This document shows positions 37,393 to 49,470 of a DNA stretch of 55,183 bases, in pieces. Source of the stretch: an uncultured Flavobacteriales bacterium (lineage in GTDB: Bacteria > Bacteroidota > Bacteroidia > Flavobacteriales > UBA7312). A program made the position numbers and the translations under genes. Every line of letters starts with the position of its first letter. The first letter of the stretch is position 1. The stretch is taken from NCBI GenBank assembly GCA_913041085.1, contig CAJWHN010000003.1:1-55183 (forward strand), in the 5' to 3' direction. The notes under the pieces are model-generated. The model saw nothing but the letters and a program-made list of their open reading frames with translations, was not told the origin of the DNA and did not search any database.

Positions 37393-38916
37393 TTATTCTT
37401 CGGTATTGTTTTCAGGTTTCATCTGTGGGAAGAATAGCACATCTTGAATCGAGTTGCTATTAGTCATTATCATTGACAGTCTATCAATACCAATACCTAG
37501 TCCAGCTGTAGGAGGCATACCATATTCTATAGAGCGTAAAAAATCTTCATCTAAGACCATAGCTTCTTCATCACCCCTCTTAGCTAACTTTAGCTGCTCT
37601 TCAAAACGCTCTCTTTGGTCAATAGGGTCGTTCAGTTCTGAAAAGGCGTTACATATTTCTTTACCATTACAAATGGCCTCAAATCGTTCTACTAAACCTT
37701 CTTTATTTCTGTGTTTTTTGGCTAATGGAGACATTTCAATAGGGTAGTCTGTTATGAATGTAGGCTGTATCAATTGCCCTTCACATTTTTCCCCAAAAAT
37801 CTCGTCAATTAATTTACCTCTAGCCATAGATGAGTCCACGCTAACTCCTAAATCTTTAGCTATTTTTGCCATCGTTGCCTCGTCCATTTCAGCAATATCA
37901 ATACCTGTGAAGTGTTCAATAGCTTCATACATAGTGTATCGCTTCCATGGTCTTTGGAAGTTGATGAGGTTTTCGCCAACTTGTACTTCAGTAGTGCCGT
38001 GTAGGTCTAAAGCAATTTTTTCTACCATTTCTTCCACTAAATCCATCATCCAGTTGTAGTCTTTATAAGCCACATACAGTTCAACTTGAGTAAACTCTGG
38101 ATTATGAAATCTACTCATACCCTCATTTCTAAAGTCCTTAGAAAATTCATAAACACCATCAAAACCACCAACAATCAGTCTCTTGAGATACAACTCGTTA
38201 GCAATACGCAAATAAAGAGGCATGTCTAACGTGTTGTGATGTGTTTTGAAAGGACGCGCTGCTGCACCCCCATAAATAGGTTGTAAAATAGGCGTTTCTA
38301 CCTCTAGGTATCCTTTATCATTTAGATAAGAACGCATAGAGTTAGTTAGTTGTGTTCTTTTAACAAAAGCCTCTTTGACATGCGGATTGACAACCAAATC
38401 TATATAACGCTGACGGTATCTTTTCTCAGGGTCAGTAAAGGCATCGTATATTTTACCATCAGTATCGGTTTTTGGTAATGGTAGCGGTCTTAGTGTTTTG
38501 CTTAAAACTACGAAACTTTCTACATGTATAGTAATTTCACCAACCTTAGTAGTAAACACATAGCCCTTAACCCCTATAAAGTCCCCAATATCAAGGAGTT
38601 TTTTAAAGACGGTGTTGTACATAGTTTTATCCTCATCAGGACAAATTTCATCTCGATTAAAATAGAGTTGTATTCTACCCGTACCATCCTGTAACTCAGC
38701 AAAAGAAGCTTTTCCCATTACTCTACGACTCATCAATCGACCAGCAATTTGGATATTCTTATAGCTAAGTTTATCATAATTGTAGTTTTTCTTTATTTCA
38801 GTAGACGAAACATTGACATCAAATAACTCTGAAGGGTAAGGGTTTATACCTAATTCTAACAACTTTTGTAAGGACTCTCTCCTCACAACTTCTTGTTCTG
38901 ACAACTCTCTGTGCAT
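37393..38916 (-). CDS. lysS: Lysine--tRNA ligase (class II)
   Basis: [41 protein letters not shown]; TATCTTTG at 38932-38939 supports ATG 38916. Confidence 0.97.
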   Translation of the reverse strand: MHRELSEQEVVRRESLQKLLELGINPYPSELFDVNVSSTEIKKNYNYDKLSYKNIQIAGRLMSRRVMGKASFAELQDGTGRIQLYFNRDEICPDEDKTMYNTVFKKLLDIGDFIGVKGYVFTTKVGEITIHVESFVVLSKTLRPLPLPKTDTDGKIYDAFTDPEKRYRQRYIDLVVNPHVKEAFVKRTQLTNSMRSYLNDKGYLEVETPILQPIYGGAAARPFKTHHNTLDMPLYLRIANELYLKRLIVGGFDGVYEFSKDFRNEGMSRFHNPEFTQVELYVAYKDYNWMMDLVEEMVEKIALDLHGTTEVQVGENLINFQRPWKRYTMYEAIEHFTGIDIAEMDEATMAKIAKDLGVSVDSSMARGKLIDEIFGEKCEGQLIQPTFITDYPIEMSPLAKKHRNKEGLVERFEAICNGKEICNAFSELNDPIDQRERFEEQLKLAKRGDEEAMVLDEDFLRSIEYGMPPTAGLGIGIDRLSMIMTNSNSIQDVLFFPQMKPENNTEE

Positions 38917-39012
38917 GTAATTAATTTTCGGCAAAGATATTAAATAATTAACGCTCTAATTTTGTAGTTTTACAACCAATAAAAATAACCTTATACAAAA
39001 CACACCTTTATT

Positions 39013-40002
39013 ATGAAAATGAACGATTACATCAGCGACTTTACTAAGCACCTAACAGAAGCTTTAGAAATAGGTCAGACTACTTTACTTAGCGAACCTC
39101 ACGCTGATATACATAACGTTCTTATTTGTGGCTTAGGAGGTTCTGGAATTGGAGGAACAATAGTCAACGATTTAGTATCTGAACATATCAATGTGCCCAT
39201 ATCAGCAACAAAAGACTACAGCATACCTAATTTTGTAGATGAAAATACACTAGTAATAGCCTCTTCATACTCAGGAAATACAGAAGAAACTCTGTATGCT
39301 TTGGAAGCTTGTCAAAAGAGAAGAGCGCAGATAGCTTGTGTAACTTCTGGTGGGGCATTAGAAAAGTTAGCCAAAGAAAAAGGGTTTAACTGCATAACAA
39401 TACCTGGCGGTCAGCCACCAAGAGCTATGTTTGGATATTCTTTTACTCAGTTGTTCTTCTTGCTCAATCATTATGGTTTGATAGACAATTCTTTTATGTC
39501 GGAATTTAAAAAAGGGATAGCCCTATTAGATAGCCAAGAGGAGGCCATTAAATCAGAAGCCAAAAAATTAGCTGCTAAATTATATGGAACAACACCTGTA
39601 ATTTATACGGCGGCAGGCTTTGAAGGTGTCGGTGTCCGTTTCCGTCAACAAATTAATGAAAACAGTAAAATGTTATGTTGGCACCACGTTATCCCTGAAA
39701 TGAATCACAACGAATTATTAGGGTGGAGAATAAATACGGATAATTTAGGGGTAGTATACTTTAGAAACAAATGTGATTACGATAGAAATCAGGTGAGAAT
39801 AGACATAAATAAAGAAGTCATTTCTAAATTCACAGTTAATATTTCTGAGGTTTGGAGCAAAGGTGATTCTCGTATCGAAAATAGTCTTTATCATATTCAC
39901 TTAGGCGATTGGGTATCGTGGTACTTATCAGAAATGAATGAAGTAGATGCCATAGAAATAGATGTTATTAACTTCCTAAAGAGTTCTTTAGCTAAGCTAT
40001 AA
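39013..40002 (+). CDS. Bifunctional phosphoglucose/phosphomannose isomerase (SIS fold)
   Basis: GLGGSGIGG, SYSGNTEET, QPPRA, QINENSK, PEMNHNE. Confidence 0.9.
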   Translation: MKMNDYISDFTKHLTEALEIGQTTLLSEPHADIHNVLICGLGGSGIGGTIVNDLVSEHINVPISATKDYSIPNFVDENTLVIASSYSGNTEETLYALEACQKRRAQIACVTSGGALEKLAKEKGFNCITIPGGQPPRAMFGYSFTQLFFLLNHYGLIDNSFMSEFKKGIALLDSQEEAIKSEAKKLAAKLYGTTPVIYTAAGFEGVGVRFRQQINENSKMLCWHHVIPEMNHNELLGWRINTDNLGVVYFRNKCDYDRNQVRIDINKEVISKFTVNISEVWSKGDSRIENSLYHIHLGDWVSWYLSEMNEVDAIEIDVINFLKSSLAKL

Positions 40003-40005
40003 TGT

Positions 40006-40704
40006 ATGCCTAAAGTTGTTTTTCAAGATTTAGGGCTCATCGATTATAAAGAAGCTTGGGACTATCAAGAAAAACGATTTAATGAAATCCTTGATGTTAA
40101 GAAAAACAACAGAAAGAAAAATAGACAAGACCCTACCTTATCCTACCTCTTATTTTGTGAGCATCCTCACGTTTATACCTTGGGTAAAAGTGGCGACGAA
40201 AACAATCTTTTAGTCAATGAAGATTACCTCAAGTCTAGAGAAGCGACCTTTTATAAAATCAATAGAGGGGGCGACATCACTTATCACGGACCAGGACAAA
40301 TAGTCGGTTATCCCATTTTGGATTTAGACAATTTTTTTACGGATATCCATAAGTATCTACGCTACCTTGAAGAAGCGGTTATCTTAACCCTTGCTGACTA
40401 CGGAATTGAGAGCACACGTTCAGATGGTGAAACGGGCGTTTGGTTAGATGTAGGCGGTGAAAAGGCTCGAAAAATATGTGCCTTAGGAGTCCGTTCTAGC
40501 CGATGGGTAACAATGCATGGCTTTGCTTTTAATGTCAATTGTGATTTATCCTATTTTGGTAATATTATTCCTTGTGGTATAGTTGATAAATCGGTGACTT
40601 CTATGCAAAAGGAATTGAGTAAGGAAGTGGATATGCAAGAAGTCCAGCATAAGCTAAAAGGTCATCTCAAAAAGCTGTTTGACTTTCAGTTTGTGAATGA
40701 ATAA
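40006..40704 (+). CDS. lipB: Lipoyl(octanoyl) transferase
   Basis: EHPHVYTLG, RGGDITYHGPGQ, KICALG, HGFAFN, IIPCG. Confidence 0.96.
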   Translation: MPKVVFQDLGLIDYKEAWDYQEKRFNEILDVKKNNRKKNRQDPTLSYLLFCEHPHVYTLGKSGDENNLLVNEDYLKSREATFYKINRGGDITYHGPGQIVGYPILDLDNFFTDIHKYLRYLEEAVILTLADYGIESTRSDGETGVWLDVGGEKARKICALGVRSSRWVTMHGFAFNVNCDLSYFGNIIPCGIVDKSVTSMQKELSKEVDMQEVQHKLKGHLKKLFDFQFVNE

Positions 40705-40733
40705 CTTACTTTTGAATTTTAAAGCCACCTCTA

Positions 40734-41141
40734 ATGAAACCACTTCTAATATTTTTAACCACACTTTCGGTATTTACCTTTTTATATGTGGAATTGAATT
40801 GGTATAGCTTTGTTGTTTTACCGACTCTATATTTAGGTTTATGTCTTGCCATAATCCAAAGAAATAGGCTAATGCCTAATCTTATTTCGGTTCATCAGTT
40901 TATATGTCTGTTTTTGATTTCTATTTATGTTCTTCATTTATCGGTATATTATTTGAATCAACCTTACCTCACGCTTCTTTTTGAAATCGGCATAGCTGTA
41001 GCATTATTGATTTTAATTGTAATAATCGTATTAAGAATAAGTACAAAAGATGATAAAAAGGTCAAGGCTTATAAATTGTTATTGCAATACACCTATCTTA
41101 TCTTTTGTTTTCAGATGTTTCCTCTAATAGTTTCTTATTGA
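40734..41141 (+). CDS. Hypothetical membrane protein (about 4-5 TM)
   Basis: Hydrophobic ORF filling the gap between lipB and the exonuclease. Confidence 0.6.
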   Translation: MKPLLIFLTTLSVFTFLYVELNWYSFVVLPTLYLGLCLAIIQRNRLMPNLISVHQFICLFLISIYVLHLSVYYLNQPYLTLLFEIGIAVALLILIVIIVLRISTKDDKKVKAYKLLLQYTYLIFCFQMFPLIVSY

Positions 41142-41188
41142 GTTTTGCCCTATAATTCTGATGGGATATTCTTATCTTTGAAGTTGTT

Positions 41189-41908
41189 ATGCTCGAAAAT
41201 ATTTCCATTCATAAAATACTATTCCTTGATGTAGAAACAGTCCCTGTAGCTCCCACATTTTCTGAGCTTTCACAGGAGTTTCAATTGTTGTGGGCTGAAA
41301 AAACACGTTGGCAGCGTTCAGAAGGCCAAACTCCAGACGAATTTTATGGACTAAAAGCAGGTGTAATGGCAGAATTTGCCAAAGTAATCTGTGTTTCTGT
41401 TGGCTACATTTATGAGAAAAACAAAACTTCTTTTTTTAGGATTAAGTCCTTTTATGGCGATGATGAGCAGTTATTATTAAATGAGCTTAAAACACTTTTA
41501 GAAGATAAGTTTGCCACTAAAAGTCATTACCTCTGTGCTCATAATGGTAAGGAATTTGATTACCCCTTTTTATGTAGGCGTATGATTGTCAATGGAGTAA
41601 CCCTACCTAAGATACTAGAAATAGCGGGTAAAAAACCGTGGGAAGTTCGTCACCTAGACACCATGGAGCTGTGGAAGTTTGGGGATTACAAACACTACAC
41701 CTCTATCAAATTGTTGGCGGCATTATTTGACATACCAACACCTAAAGATGATATTGACGGCAGTCAAGTAGCTAAAGTCTATTGGCAACAACAGGATTTG
41801 GAACGCATTCGAGTATATTGTCAGAAAGATACACTCACTGTGGCTCAAATTTTATTGAAATACATGGGTAAACCCATACTTACAGAAGAACAAATAGAAG
41901 TTGCATAA
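41189..41908 (+). CDS. 3'-5' exonuclease (PolB exonuclease-like)
   Basis: FLDVET, HNGKEFDYPFL, HLDTMELW, YCQKD; TATCTTTG -7 element at 41173-41180. Confidence 0.88.
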   Translation: MLENISIHKILFLDVETVPVAPTFSELSQEFQLLWAEKTRWQRSEGQTPDEFYGLKAGVMAEFAKVICVSVGYIYEKNKTSFFRIKSFYGDDEQLLLNELKTLLEDKFATKSHYLCAHNGKEFDYPFLCRRMIVNGVTLPKILEIAGKKPWEVRHLDTMELWKFGDYKHYTSIKLLAALFDIPTPKDDIDGSQVAKVYWQQQDLERIRVYCQKDTLTVAQILLKYMGKPILTEEQIEVA

Positions 41909-41950
41909 TTAAACGATAACTCCTAAATTGAGGCCATAAATATACCTATC

Positions 41951-43732
41951 ATGAACAATACCTTATTAGAATTTAAAAACCTTGTTACTGAGTTTCATAC
42001 AGAAGGAAAAGTAGTAACCGCTGTAAATAATATAAGCTTTACACTCAATAAAGGCGAGACCATTGGTATTGTTGGTGAATCAGGCTCTGGAAAGTCTGTG
42101 ACTTCATTGTCTGCTATGCGTTTAGTCCCTTCGCCTCCTGGTAAAATTGCTGGTGGCGAAATCCTATTCCATAAAAAAGACGGAGAAACGGTTGATTTCT
42201 TACAAATTTCCGAAAAAGAAATGCGCCAATATAGAGGTAATGAAATAGCTATGATATTTCAAGAGCCTATGACATCTTTAAATCCTGTTTTTACTTGTGG
42301 TGACCAAGTGATGGAAGCCATTATGCTACATCAATCCATCAGTAAGTCTGAGGCTAAAGATTTAACCATTAAATTATTTGAAGAAGTTCAATTGCCAGAC
42401 CCTGAAAGAATTTTCAACACCTACCCTCATCAAATATCTGGAGGTCAAAAGCAAAGGGTAATGATTGCGATGGCGATGTCTTGCCAGCCTTCCGTATTGG
42501 TTGCTGATGAACCGACAACTGCCTTAGATGTTACAGTTCAAAAAACCATTTTGGAGTTGATGGAAAAACTACAAATAGAACACGATATGGGTATTTTGTT
42601 CATTACTCACGATTTAGGTGTTATTGCTGAGTTAGCCGACAAAGTGGTGGTGATGTACAAAGGAAATATCGTAGAACAAGGTAATGTTTGGGATATTTTT
42701 AACAACCCACAACACCCATATACTAAAGGACTATTAGCTTGTCGCCCTCCATTAGATAAGCGTTACACATTTTTGCCGACGGTTGGCGACTTTATGCAAA
42801 CCAATGAAAAAGGCGAGAATGTAGCAAATGACATTTCTGTTGAGGACTTTACTAAAGATTTAGTAGTCTCAAAAGTAGAAAGAGATAAACAACAAAAAGC
42901 ATTATTAGCTCAAGAGCCTTTACTTCAAATTAAAAACCTTAAAACCTATTTTCCAATAAGAAATGGCTTTTTTGGGGGAGTCACGGATTATGTGAAAGCT
43001 GTAGATGATATTAGCTTTGATGTTTACCCTGGAGAAACCTTAGGCTTAGTTGGAGAGTCAGGTTGTGGTAAAACGACTACAGGAAGAACCATTTTAAGGC
43101 TTAACGAGCCTACTGCTGGTCAAATGATTTATAAAGGTAAGGATATAGCCGCTTTCAATGAGCAAGAACTCAGAGAGTTTAGAAAGGAAGTTCAGATTAT
43201 CTTTCAAGACCCTTATTCTTCATTAAACCCTCGTATGACTATAGGGAACGCTATAATGGAACCTATGCAAGTGCATGGTATTTTAGCCAATGATGAAGAA
43301 CGTCAAAAGAGAGTTGAAGAGCTATTAGAAAAAGTAAGTTTGGGTGCCGAACATTTCAACCGTTATCCTCACGAATTTTCTGGCGGTCAACGTCAGCGTA
43401 TTGGTATAGCAAGGGCACTGGCAGTTAACCCTAAATTTATTATTTGTGATGAGTCAGTATCCGCCTTAGATGTATCTGTTCAGGCTCAAGTATTAAATCT
43501 ACTCAATGATTTAAAGCAAGAATTTGGGTTAACTTACATCTTTATTTCTCACGACCTTTCTGTTGTTAAATACATGAGTGATAGAATGGTAGTTATGCAA
43601 AATGGAAAAATCGAGGAAATGGGAGATGCTGACCAAATTTACTTAGAGGCTAAAACGCCATACACCCAGCGATTGATTTCTGCTATTCCTGAAGGAAGAA
43701 AAGAAAACATAAAGAAGACAAACAAGGCTTAA
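41951..43732 (+). CDS. Oligopeptide/dipeptide ABC transporter ATP-binding protein (fused double ATPase)
   Basis: Two Walker A motifs ([16 protein letters not shown]), ISGGQKQR and [12 protein letters not shown]. Confidence 0.93.
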   Translation: MNNTLLEFKNLVTEFHTEGKVVTAVNNISFTLNKGETIGIVGESGSGKSVTSLSAMRLVPSPPGKIAGGEILFHKKDGETVDFLQISEKEMRQYRGNEIAMIFQEPMTSLNPVFTCGDQVMEAIMLHQSISKSEAKDLTIKLFEEVQLPDPERIFNTYPHQISGGQKQRVMIAMAMSCQPSVLVADEPTTALDVTVQKTILELMEKLQIEHDMGILFITHDLGVIAELADKVVVMYKGNIVEQGNVWDIFNNPQHPYTKGLLACRPPLDKRYTFLPTVGDFMQTNEKGENVANDISVEDFTKDLVVSKVERDKQQKALLAQEPLLQIKNLKTYFPIRNGFFGGVTDYVKAVDDISFDVYPGETLGLVGESGCGKTTTGRTILRLNEPTAGQMIYKGKDIAAFNEQELREFRKEVQIIFQDPYSSLNPRMTIGNAIMEPMQVHGILANDEERQKRVEELLEKVSLGAEHFNRYPHEFSGGQRQRIGIARALAVNPKFIICDESVSALDVSVQAQVLNLLNDLKQEFGLTYIFISHDLSVVKYMSDRMVVMQNGKIEEMGDADQIYLEAKTPYTQRLISAIPEGRKENIKKTNKA

Positions 43733-43828
43733 GCATCGTTATATTCCGTTTGAATTTTTCTTTCAAACCAATTTTTTAAGCATTTATAGTTTGTTTATCT
43801 ACAAAAAACACCCCTTTATCAGAAGTTT

Positions 43829-43969
43829 TATGACTCGTCGAAAAACGCTTTTTTAAGGAGATTTTTCGTCTTACATTTGTTGTACTTAAACATGAAAGCT
43901 TACGCTTCATAAATGAACTTGTTAAGGTTAATTGGGATGCCGAGGTTAACGCCTCGGCATCTTTTTTTT
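43829..43969 (+). ncRNA. Tandem non-coding unit, copy 1 (candidate sRNA gene with promoter and terminator)
   Basis: Direct repeat of 44061-44202; TACATTTG -7 at 43872-43879; terminator GATGCCGAGG-TTAACG-CCTCGGCATC-T8 at 43936-43969. Confidence 0.6.
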
Positions 43970-44060
43970 CAATTTTAAACAACAGAATTCAATTTATGAC
44001 GTTATAAAATGCAATGAGAGTAAGTTCATCGGCAGAATTAACTTGTTTGTCAGATAGTTG

Positions 44061-44202
44061 TATGACTCGTCGAAAAACGCTTTTTTAAGGAGATTTTTCG
44101 TCTTACATTTATTATAACTTAAATATGAAAAACTTACGCTTCATAAATGAACTTGTTAAGGTTAAGTGGAATACCGAGGTTAACGCCTCGGTATCTTTTT
44201 TT
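44061..44202 (+). ncRNA. Tandem non-coding unit, copy 2
   Basis: First 50 nt identical to copy 1, about 10 differences overall; compensatory G-C to A-T change in the terminator stem ATACCGAGG/CCTCGGTAT. Confidence 0.55.
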
Positions 44203-44857
44203 ATAATACCATCTCTGGAATATCTCCCTCAATAATTAATTTTCCTTCAGTAGCATTTTGGATATCTTCTAATGTTACTCCCGGAGCTCTTTCTAATAAT
44301 TTAAAACCTTTAGCTACCACTTCAAGTACAGCTAAGTTGGTAACAATCTTTTTTACACAAGCCACGCCTGTCAAAGGAAGACTACATTTTTTTAGAAGTT
44401 TGCTTTCACCCCTTTTGTTGGTGTGCATCATAGCAACAATAATATTGTCAGCAGAAGCGACTAAATCCATTGCTCCCCCCATACCTTTAACCATTTTTCC
44501 AGGGATTTTCCAATTAGCAATATCACCTTGTTCTGAGACTTCCATAGCTCCCAAAACAGTTAGTTGAACGTGTTTTCCTCGAATCATTGAAAAACTCGTA
44601 GCAGAATCAAAAAATACAGCACCTTCTAAGGTTGTAATAGTCTGTTTTCCAGCGTTTATTAGGTCAGCATCTTCTTCTCCTTCAAAAGGAAATGGACCCA
44701 TACCTAAGACTCCATTTTCAGATTGAAACTCTACATTTATTCCTTCAGGGATATAATTTGCAACAAGAGTAGGAATGCCTATTCCTAAGTTTACATAATA
44801 ACCGTCTTTTAGCTCTTGTGCAATACGTTTTGCAATACCAATTTTGTCTAGTGCCAT
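44201..44857 (-). CDS. scoB: 3-oxoacid CoA-transferase subunit B
   Basis: VNLGIGIPT, QSENG, KGMGGAMDL. Confidence 0.93.
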   Translation of the reverse strand: MALDKIGIAKRIAQELKDGYYVNLGIGIPTLVANYIPEGINVEFQSENGVLGMGPFPFEGEEDADLINAGKQTITTLEGAVFFDSATSFSMIRGKHVQLTVLGAMEVSEQGDIANWKIPGKMVKGMGGAMDLVASADNIIVAMMHTNKRGESKLLKKCSLPLTGVACVKKIVTNLAVLEVVAKGFKLLERAPGVTLEDIQNATEGKLIIEGDIPEMVL

Positions 44858-45558
44858 TATTCTTTAGTTCTTACGGTTCGTTGTTCTATTCTTTTCTCGT
44901 AATCTTTACCTTGAAAGATACGTTGTACAAAAATTCCTGGAGTGTGAATACTAGCTGGGTCAAGCTCACCGGCAGGAAATAAATGTTCTACTTCCGCTAC
45001 AGTTATTTTACCCGCCATAGCCATCATAGGGTTAAAATTTCTAGCAGTGCCTTTATAAATAAGATTACCTGCGGTGTCTCCTTTCCAAGCCTTTACGAAT
45101 GCAAAATCGGCTTCTAAGGCTGATTCCAATATATGAGGCTGACCGTTAAATTCCCTAACCTCTTTACCCTCAGCCACTTCCGTACCATATCCGGCAGGGG
45201 TGAAAAAAGCAGGAATACCCGCCCCTCCAGCTCTACAACGTTCTGCTAATGAACCTTGAGGAATCAAATCAACCTCTAATTCTCCACTAAGCATTTGTCT
45301 TTCAAATTCAGCATTTTCACCCACATAAGAAGATATCATTTTTTTGATTTGCTTTTTATGGAGAAGTAGCCCTAACCCAAAATCATCGACACCAGCATTG
45401 TTAGAAATACATGTTAAACCATTGATTCCAGACTCTGATAAGGCTTTAATTGCATTTTCTGGAATACCACATAAGCCAAACCCTCCGAGCATAAAGGTCA
45501 TCTTGTTATCTACCCCTTTAATAGCATCTTCAATGCTATTTACTTCTTTATTTATCAT
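44857..45558 (-). CDS. scoA: 3-oxoacid CoA-transferase subunit A
   Basis: [40 protein letters not shown]. Confidence 0.93.
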   Translation of the reverse strand: MINKEVNSIEDAIKGVDNKMTFMLGGFGLCGIPENAIKALSESGINGLTCISNNAGVDDFGLGLLLHKKQIKKMISSYVGENAEFERQMLSGELEVDLIPQGSLAERCRAGGAGIPAFFTPAGYGTEVAEGKEVREFNGQPHILESALEADFAFVKAWKGDTAGNLIYKGTARNFNPMMAMAGKITVAEVEHLFPAGELDPASIHTPGIFVQRIFQGKDYEKRIEQRTVRTKE

Positions 45559-45569
45559 ATCTAAATAAG

Positions 45570-47831
45570 TTAAAATTCTTCGTATTCTTCAATGCTTTCA
45601 TTCTTTGAGCCACAATCCAAAAGGACATCTATGGATTGAGGTATTTCAAAAGACTCTGGATAAATGCCAAGTGTCAAACTATCGGTATAAACCCTTTGCA
45701 TATATTCGGCCCAAACAGGTAAAGCCATATTAGCTCCTTGACCATAAAATGTGCTTCGGAAATGCACACTTCTATCCTCATTTCCAGACCAAACACCAGT
45801 TACTAAATTCGGAGTAATTCCCATAAACCAACCATCAGAGTTATTTTGAGTTGTTCCTGTTTTACCGCCAATCTCATTTTCAAATTCATATTTTCTTCTT
45901 AGCCTGACACCTGTTCCCACAGTTACATCAGCATGAGGGTTATACACTCCATCCACCACGCCTTGCAACATTCTAACCATCAAATCGGCTGTTTTTTCAC
46001 TCATAGCTTCATTGGTTTTTGGATTAAAATCTTGAAGTAAGATGCCATTTTTGTCTTCGATTCGACTTACAATAAGGGGCTCTGTCCAAATGCCTTTATT
46101 TACAAAAGTAGAATAAGCCCCTACCATTTCATATACTGATAAGTCGAATGTTCCCAAGCATATTGAAGGAACTGGATCAAGCTTACTTGTAATCCCCATT
46201 TTCTTTGCTAAATCTAAAACAGAATGAGGACCAAACTGTTTCATGATATATGCGGTAATAGTATTTATTGAGTTAGCCAATCCAAAGCGTAAACTCATTA
46301 ACATACCCTCGTATTTATCATCTGAATTTCTAGGCACCCAATCTTTATCAGGAAGGCCCCATTGATTTTTTTCAAAAACTACAGGCACATTGGGTATCTC
46401 GTAGCAGGGGGAGTACCCCTCTTGCATTGCTAAAGCATATAAGAAAGGCTTAAAAGTAGACCCTACTTGTCGTTTCCCAACTTTAACATGGTCATATTTA
46501 AAATATTTGTAATTAATACCACCTACATAAGCCTTAACATATCCAGTATTGGGGTCCATACTCATCATACCAGAATGAATAAAATACTTGTAATAACGCA
46601 CAGAGTCTAAGGGTGTCATTACAGTATCTCTTTCACCTTTCCAAGTAAAAACATGCATAGGTGTTTTGGTTCTAAAAGCTGAATTAATCTCTTTCTTTGA
46701 GGCATTTCTACTTTTTAATTTTTTATAACGATCTGAGCGCTTCATACCTAGCTCAAGAATGGCATAAATTTGATCTTTATCAAAGTCTTTGGGAAATGGT
46801 GCGTTTGTGTAGCCTTTCCAATGTTTGAAAAAGTCATCTTGAAGTGACGCTATATGAGAATGAACTGCATCTTCAGCATATTGCTGCATTTTAGAGTTTA
46901 TCGTGGTATATATTTTTAAACCATCGGTGTATAAATTATAATTTGAACCATCAGCTTTTTGGTTGTTTTTACACCATTCTTTAAGCTCGCCTCTAAGGTA
47001 TTCTCTAAGGTAAGGCGCTAAACCTTCGTTATGACTTGCTTTTTTGAAGTCTAAAACAATTGGGTTAGCAGAAATAGAATCATATTCTGAAGGAGTAATA
47101 AAGTCATATTTCTTCATCTGTGAGAGGACAACATTTCTTCTTTCTTGAGTTAGTTCTAATCTTCTGTTGGGGTTGTATAGAGAGGGGTTTTTTAACATAC
47201 CAACAAGCATAGCAGACTCCTCTACTGTTAGTGCATCTGTAGTAGTGTTGAAATAAATTTGAGAGGCTGATTTTATTCCTACAGCATTATTTATGAAATC
47301 AAATTTATTGAGGTACATGGTTAGAATTTCTTCTTTGGTATACTGTCTTTCTAATCTTACAGCTATTATCCACTCCTTAAATTTTTGCATTACTCTTTCT
47401 AATCCAGATGCTGGTTTTTCAGTAAAGAGCATTTTTGCTAGTTGTTGTGTTATAGTACTAGCCCCCCCTGATTTAGAGCCTGTTACAACACCTTTTACTG
47501 CTCTTAACAAAGCTCTGACATCAATACCAGAGTGGGATTTAAATCGAATATCTTCAGTAGATAATAGAGCGTTCACTAACATAGGAGATAACTCATGATA
47601 TTTTACGTTACTTCTATTTTCAAAAAAGTATTTTCCTAATACCACTCCGTCAGAAGAAATAATTTCTGTAGCTAAATTACTTTTGGGATTTTCCAACTGT
47701 TCAAAGCTTGGCAAATCACCAAACAAACCAACCGAGGTTAGATATAAGGTTACTAATAGAATTATTATAGGACTAAGTACAAATAGCCATACCGAAAATA
47801 CTTTTTGCCTTTCCGATGTTTTTTTCATCAT
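45570..47831 (-). CDS. Penicillin-binding protein 1A (transglycosylase/transpeptidase)
   Basis: [33 protein letters not shown]. Confidence 0.93.
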   Translation of the reverse strand: MMKKTSERQKVFSVWLFVLSPIIILLVTLYLTSVGLFGDLPSFEQLENPKSNLATEIISSDGVVLGKYFFENRSNVKYHELSPMLVNALLSTEDIRFKSHSGIDVRALLRAVKGVVTGSKSGGASTITQQLAKMLFTEKPASGLERVMQKFKEWIIAVRLERQYTKEEILTMYLNKFDFINNAVGIKSASQIYFNTTTDALTVEESAMLVGMLKNPSLYNPNRRLELTQERRNVVLSQMKKYDFITPSEYDSISANPIVLDFKKASHNEGLAPYLREYLRGELKEWCKNNQKADGSNYNLYTDGLKIYTTINSKMQQYAEDAVHSHIASLQDDFFKHWKGYTNAPFPKDFDKDQIYAILELGMKRSDRYKKLKSRNASKKEINSAFRTKTPMHVFTWKGERDTVMTPLDSVRYYKYFIHSGMMSMDPNTGYVKAYVGGINYKYFKYDHVKVGKRQVGSTFKPFLYALAMQEGYSPCYEIPNVPVVFEKNQWGLPDKDWVPRNSDDKYEGMLMSLRFGLANSINTITAYIMKQFGPHSVLDLAKKMGITSKLDPVPSICLGTFDLSVYEMVGAYSTFVNKGIWTEPLIVSRIEDKNGILLQDFNPKTNEAMSEKTADLMVRMLQGVVDGVYNPHADVTVGTGVRLRRKYEFENEIGGKTGTTQNNSDGWFMGITPNLVTGVWSGNEDRSVHFRSTFYGQGANMALPVWAEYMQRVYTDSLTLGIYPESFEIPQSIDVLLDCGSKNESIEEYEEF

Positions 47832-48310
47832 TTATGGTCTTGTTTTTCTATTCTTAAACCGATTTCCATTATTCCAGGCAATTGCTCAATTTTAGCTAAA
47901 TCGCCATGCCTCATAGCTTGTTCAATTTCAAAAGTATACATACCTTGCTTAAGGAAACGATAGCTTTTGAATTGGCATTGAATATCACAAATATCACCTA
48001 ATCCACTCCCTAGCCATTTGCCATCTTTTTGAGCTAGAATACACTCTAAAGTATCTGTTTTCAATGCTCCTGTAGGGTCAATAGTGTTTACAAATAACCA
48101 TAGATTAGAAAAAGGATATGATCTAGAGTGTCTGACGTTCACTTTTAAATTCACTTTAGAAGTGGTATCAGTATTGTCATATTCAAAAGAAGGTTTGTAC
48201 GATAAATCCCAAACGGTATTTTCGATGGAAATATTTTTTTCATACAACCTGATTGAATCGCATGACAACAACGAAAATAGTATAAGTGTTACTAAGCAAT
48301 ATTTCATCAT
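47828..48310 (-). CDS. gldH: Gliding motility lipoprotein GldH
   Basis: LLSC lipobox, RH..YPFSNLWL, DTLEC.LA..DGKWLGSG, EQAMR. Confidence 0.88.
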   Translation of the reverse strand: MMKYCLVTLILFSLLSCDSIRLYEKNISIENTVWDLSYKPSFEYDNTDTTSKVNLKVNVRHSRSYPFSNLWLFVNTIDPTGALKTDTLECILAQKDGKWLGSGLGDICDIQCQFKSYRFLKQGMYTFEIEQAMRHGDLAKIEQLPGIMEIGLRIEKQDHK

Positions 48311-49467
48311 GTTTTTTTCTTTTTTCTTTTATAGAAGCGTCTCTTATTACCTCTCTTTTTCTTCTTATTTCGATTGTCAAAGCGGTGAATGCTATCTTGC
48401 CCTACTACATTTTCATAATCATTTTTAGGTTCGTCAATTTCATTAAAAAATTGTTCTAATTTTTCAGGAAAAACACCTTTGGTATTTTGTTCAATAACTT
48501 CGTTGACATAGTCTAAAGGCAGCTCTACTATGGATTCATTAGCTGAGCTAGGGTAGGAATACCACATCTTTCGTTGAAAAATATCCATTTTAACAAACGA
48601 ACAATCGCCTAATTTAGTTTTTAGCTTAACATTACTAGAGGGAAACTCTTTAATTCCCTCCATATAGCCATCTAATTCGTAATTCAAACAGCACTTTAGT
48701 TTACCGCACTGACCAGCTAATTTCTGAGGGTTAATAGATAGCTGTTGGTATCGTGCCGCTGAAGTGCTTACACTTCTAAAATCTGTTAACCAAGAAGAAC
48801 AACACAGCTCTCTACCACAAGCTCCAATACCGCCCAATCTAGCGGCTTCTTGTCTTGCACCAATTTGTCTCATTTCTATTCTAATCTTAAATTGAGACGA
48901 TAGCGATTTAATGAGCTCTCTAAAATCTACCCTTCCATTAGCTGTGTAATAAAAGGTAGCTTTGCTCTTATCTCCTTGATACTCTACATCACTGATTTTC
49001 ATTTCGAGACCTAACAACTCGGCTGATTTTCTAGCGCCGTACATTGTTTCGTTTTCTAAAGCGACTGCTTCTTTCCACTTTTGTATGTCTGTGTTTTTAG
49101 CTTTTCTGTAAATGATATTTAGGTCATCAAGATTTGAGGTCTTAACCTTTTTCTTCATCTGTAATTTAGCTAAGGCACCTACAATAGAGACCACCCCAAT
49201 ATCGTGTCCCGATTTGGATTGTACGGCTACTACATCACCAACTTGCAAAGGAATTTCTTTTGAGTTATTATAAAACTCTTTACGACTCCCCTTAAAGCGA
49301 ACTTCAACACCATTAAAGCTCTTTTCATTAGTTGGTTCTTGTATGTTAGACAGCCAGTCGAATACTGATAATTTATTACAGCCACCACTAATACAGCTGC
49401 CGTTATTTTTACAGCCTCTTGGTAATTCATTACCACAACCTCCTGAAGAACATCCTGAGCAACCCAT
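48307..49467 (-). CDS. PSP1-domain / RicT (YaaT) family Fe-S protein
   Basis: Cys-rich N-terminus, VEVRFK, RVDFRELIK, GACGRELCC, GQCGKLKCCLNYE. Confidence 0.9.
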   Translation of the reverse strand: MGCSGCSSGGCGNELPRGCKNNGSCISGGCNKLSVFDWLSNIQEPTNEKSFNGVEVRFKGSRKEFYNNSKEIPLQVGDVVAVQSKSGHDIGVVSIVGALAKLQMKKKVKTSNLDDLNIIYRKAKNTDIQKWKEAVALENETMYGARKSAELLGLEMKISDVEYQGDKSKATFYYTANGRVDFRELIKSLSSQFKIRIEMRQIGARQEAARLGGIGACGRELCCSSWLTDFRSVSTSAARYQQLSINPQKLAGQCGKLKCCLNYELDGYMEGIKEFPSSNVKLKTKLGDCSFVKMDIFQRKMWYSYPSSANESIVELPLDYVNEVIEQNTKGVFPEKLEQFFNEIDEPKNDYENVVGQDSIHRFDNRNKKKKRGNKRRFYKRKKKKT

Positions 49468-49470
49468 AGT

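Noticed and set aside
43776-43982. 68 aa minus-strand ORF and the plus-strand micro-ORF MKAYAS in the repeat
   Set aside because: Reading frames are not preserved in the second copy (indels); no recognisable protein features
43829-44202. CRISPR array or IS ends
   Set aside because: Only two long direct copies, no repeat-spacer periodicity, and no cas or transposase genes
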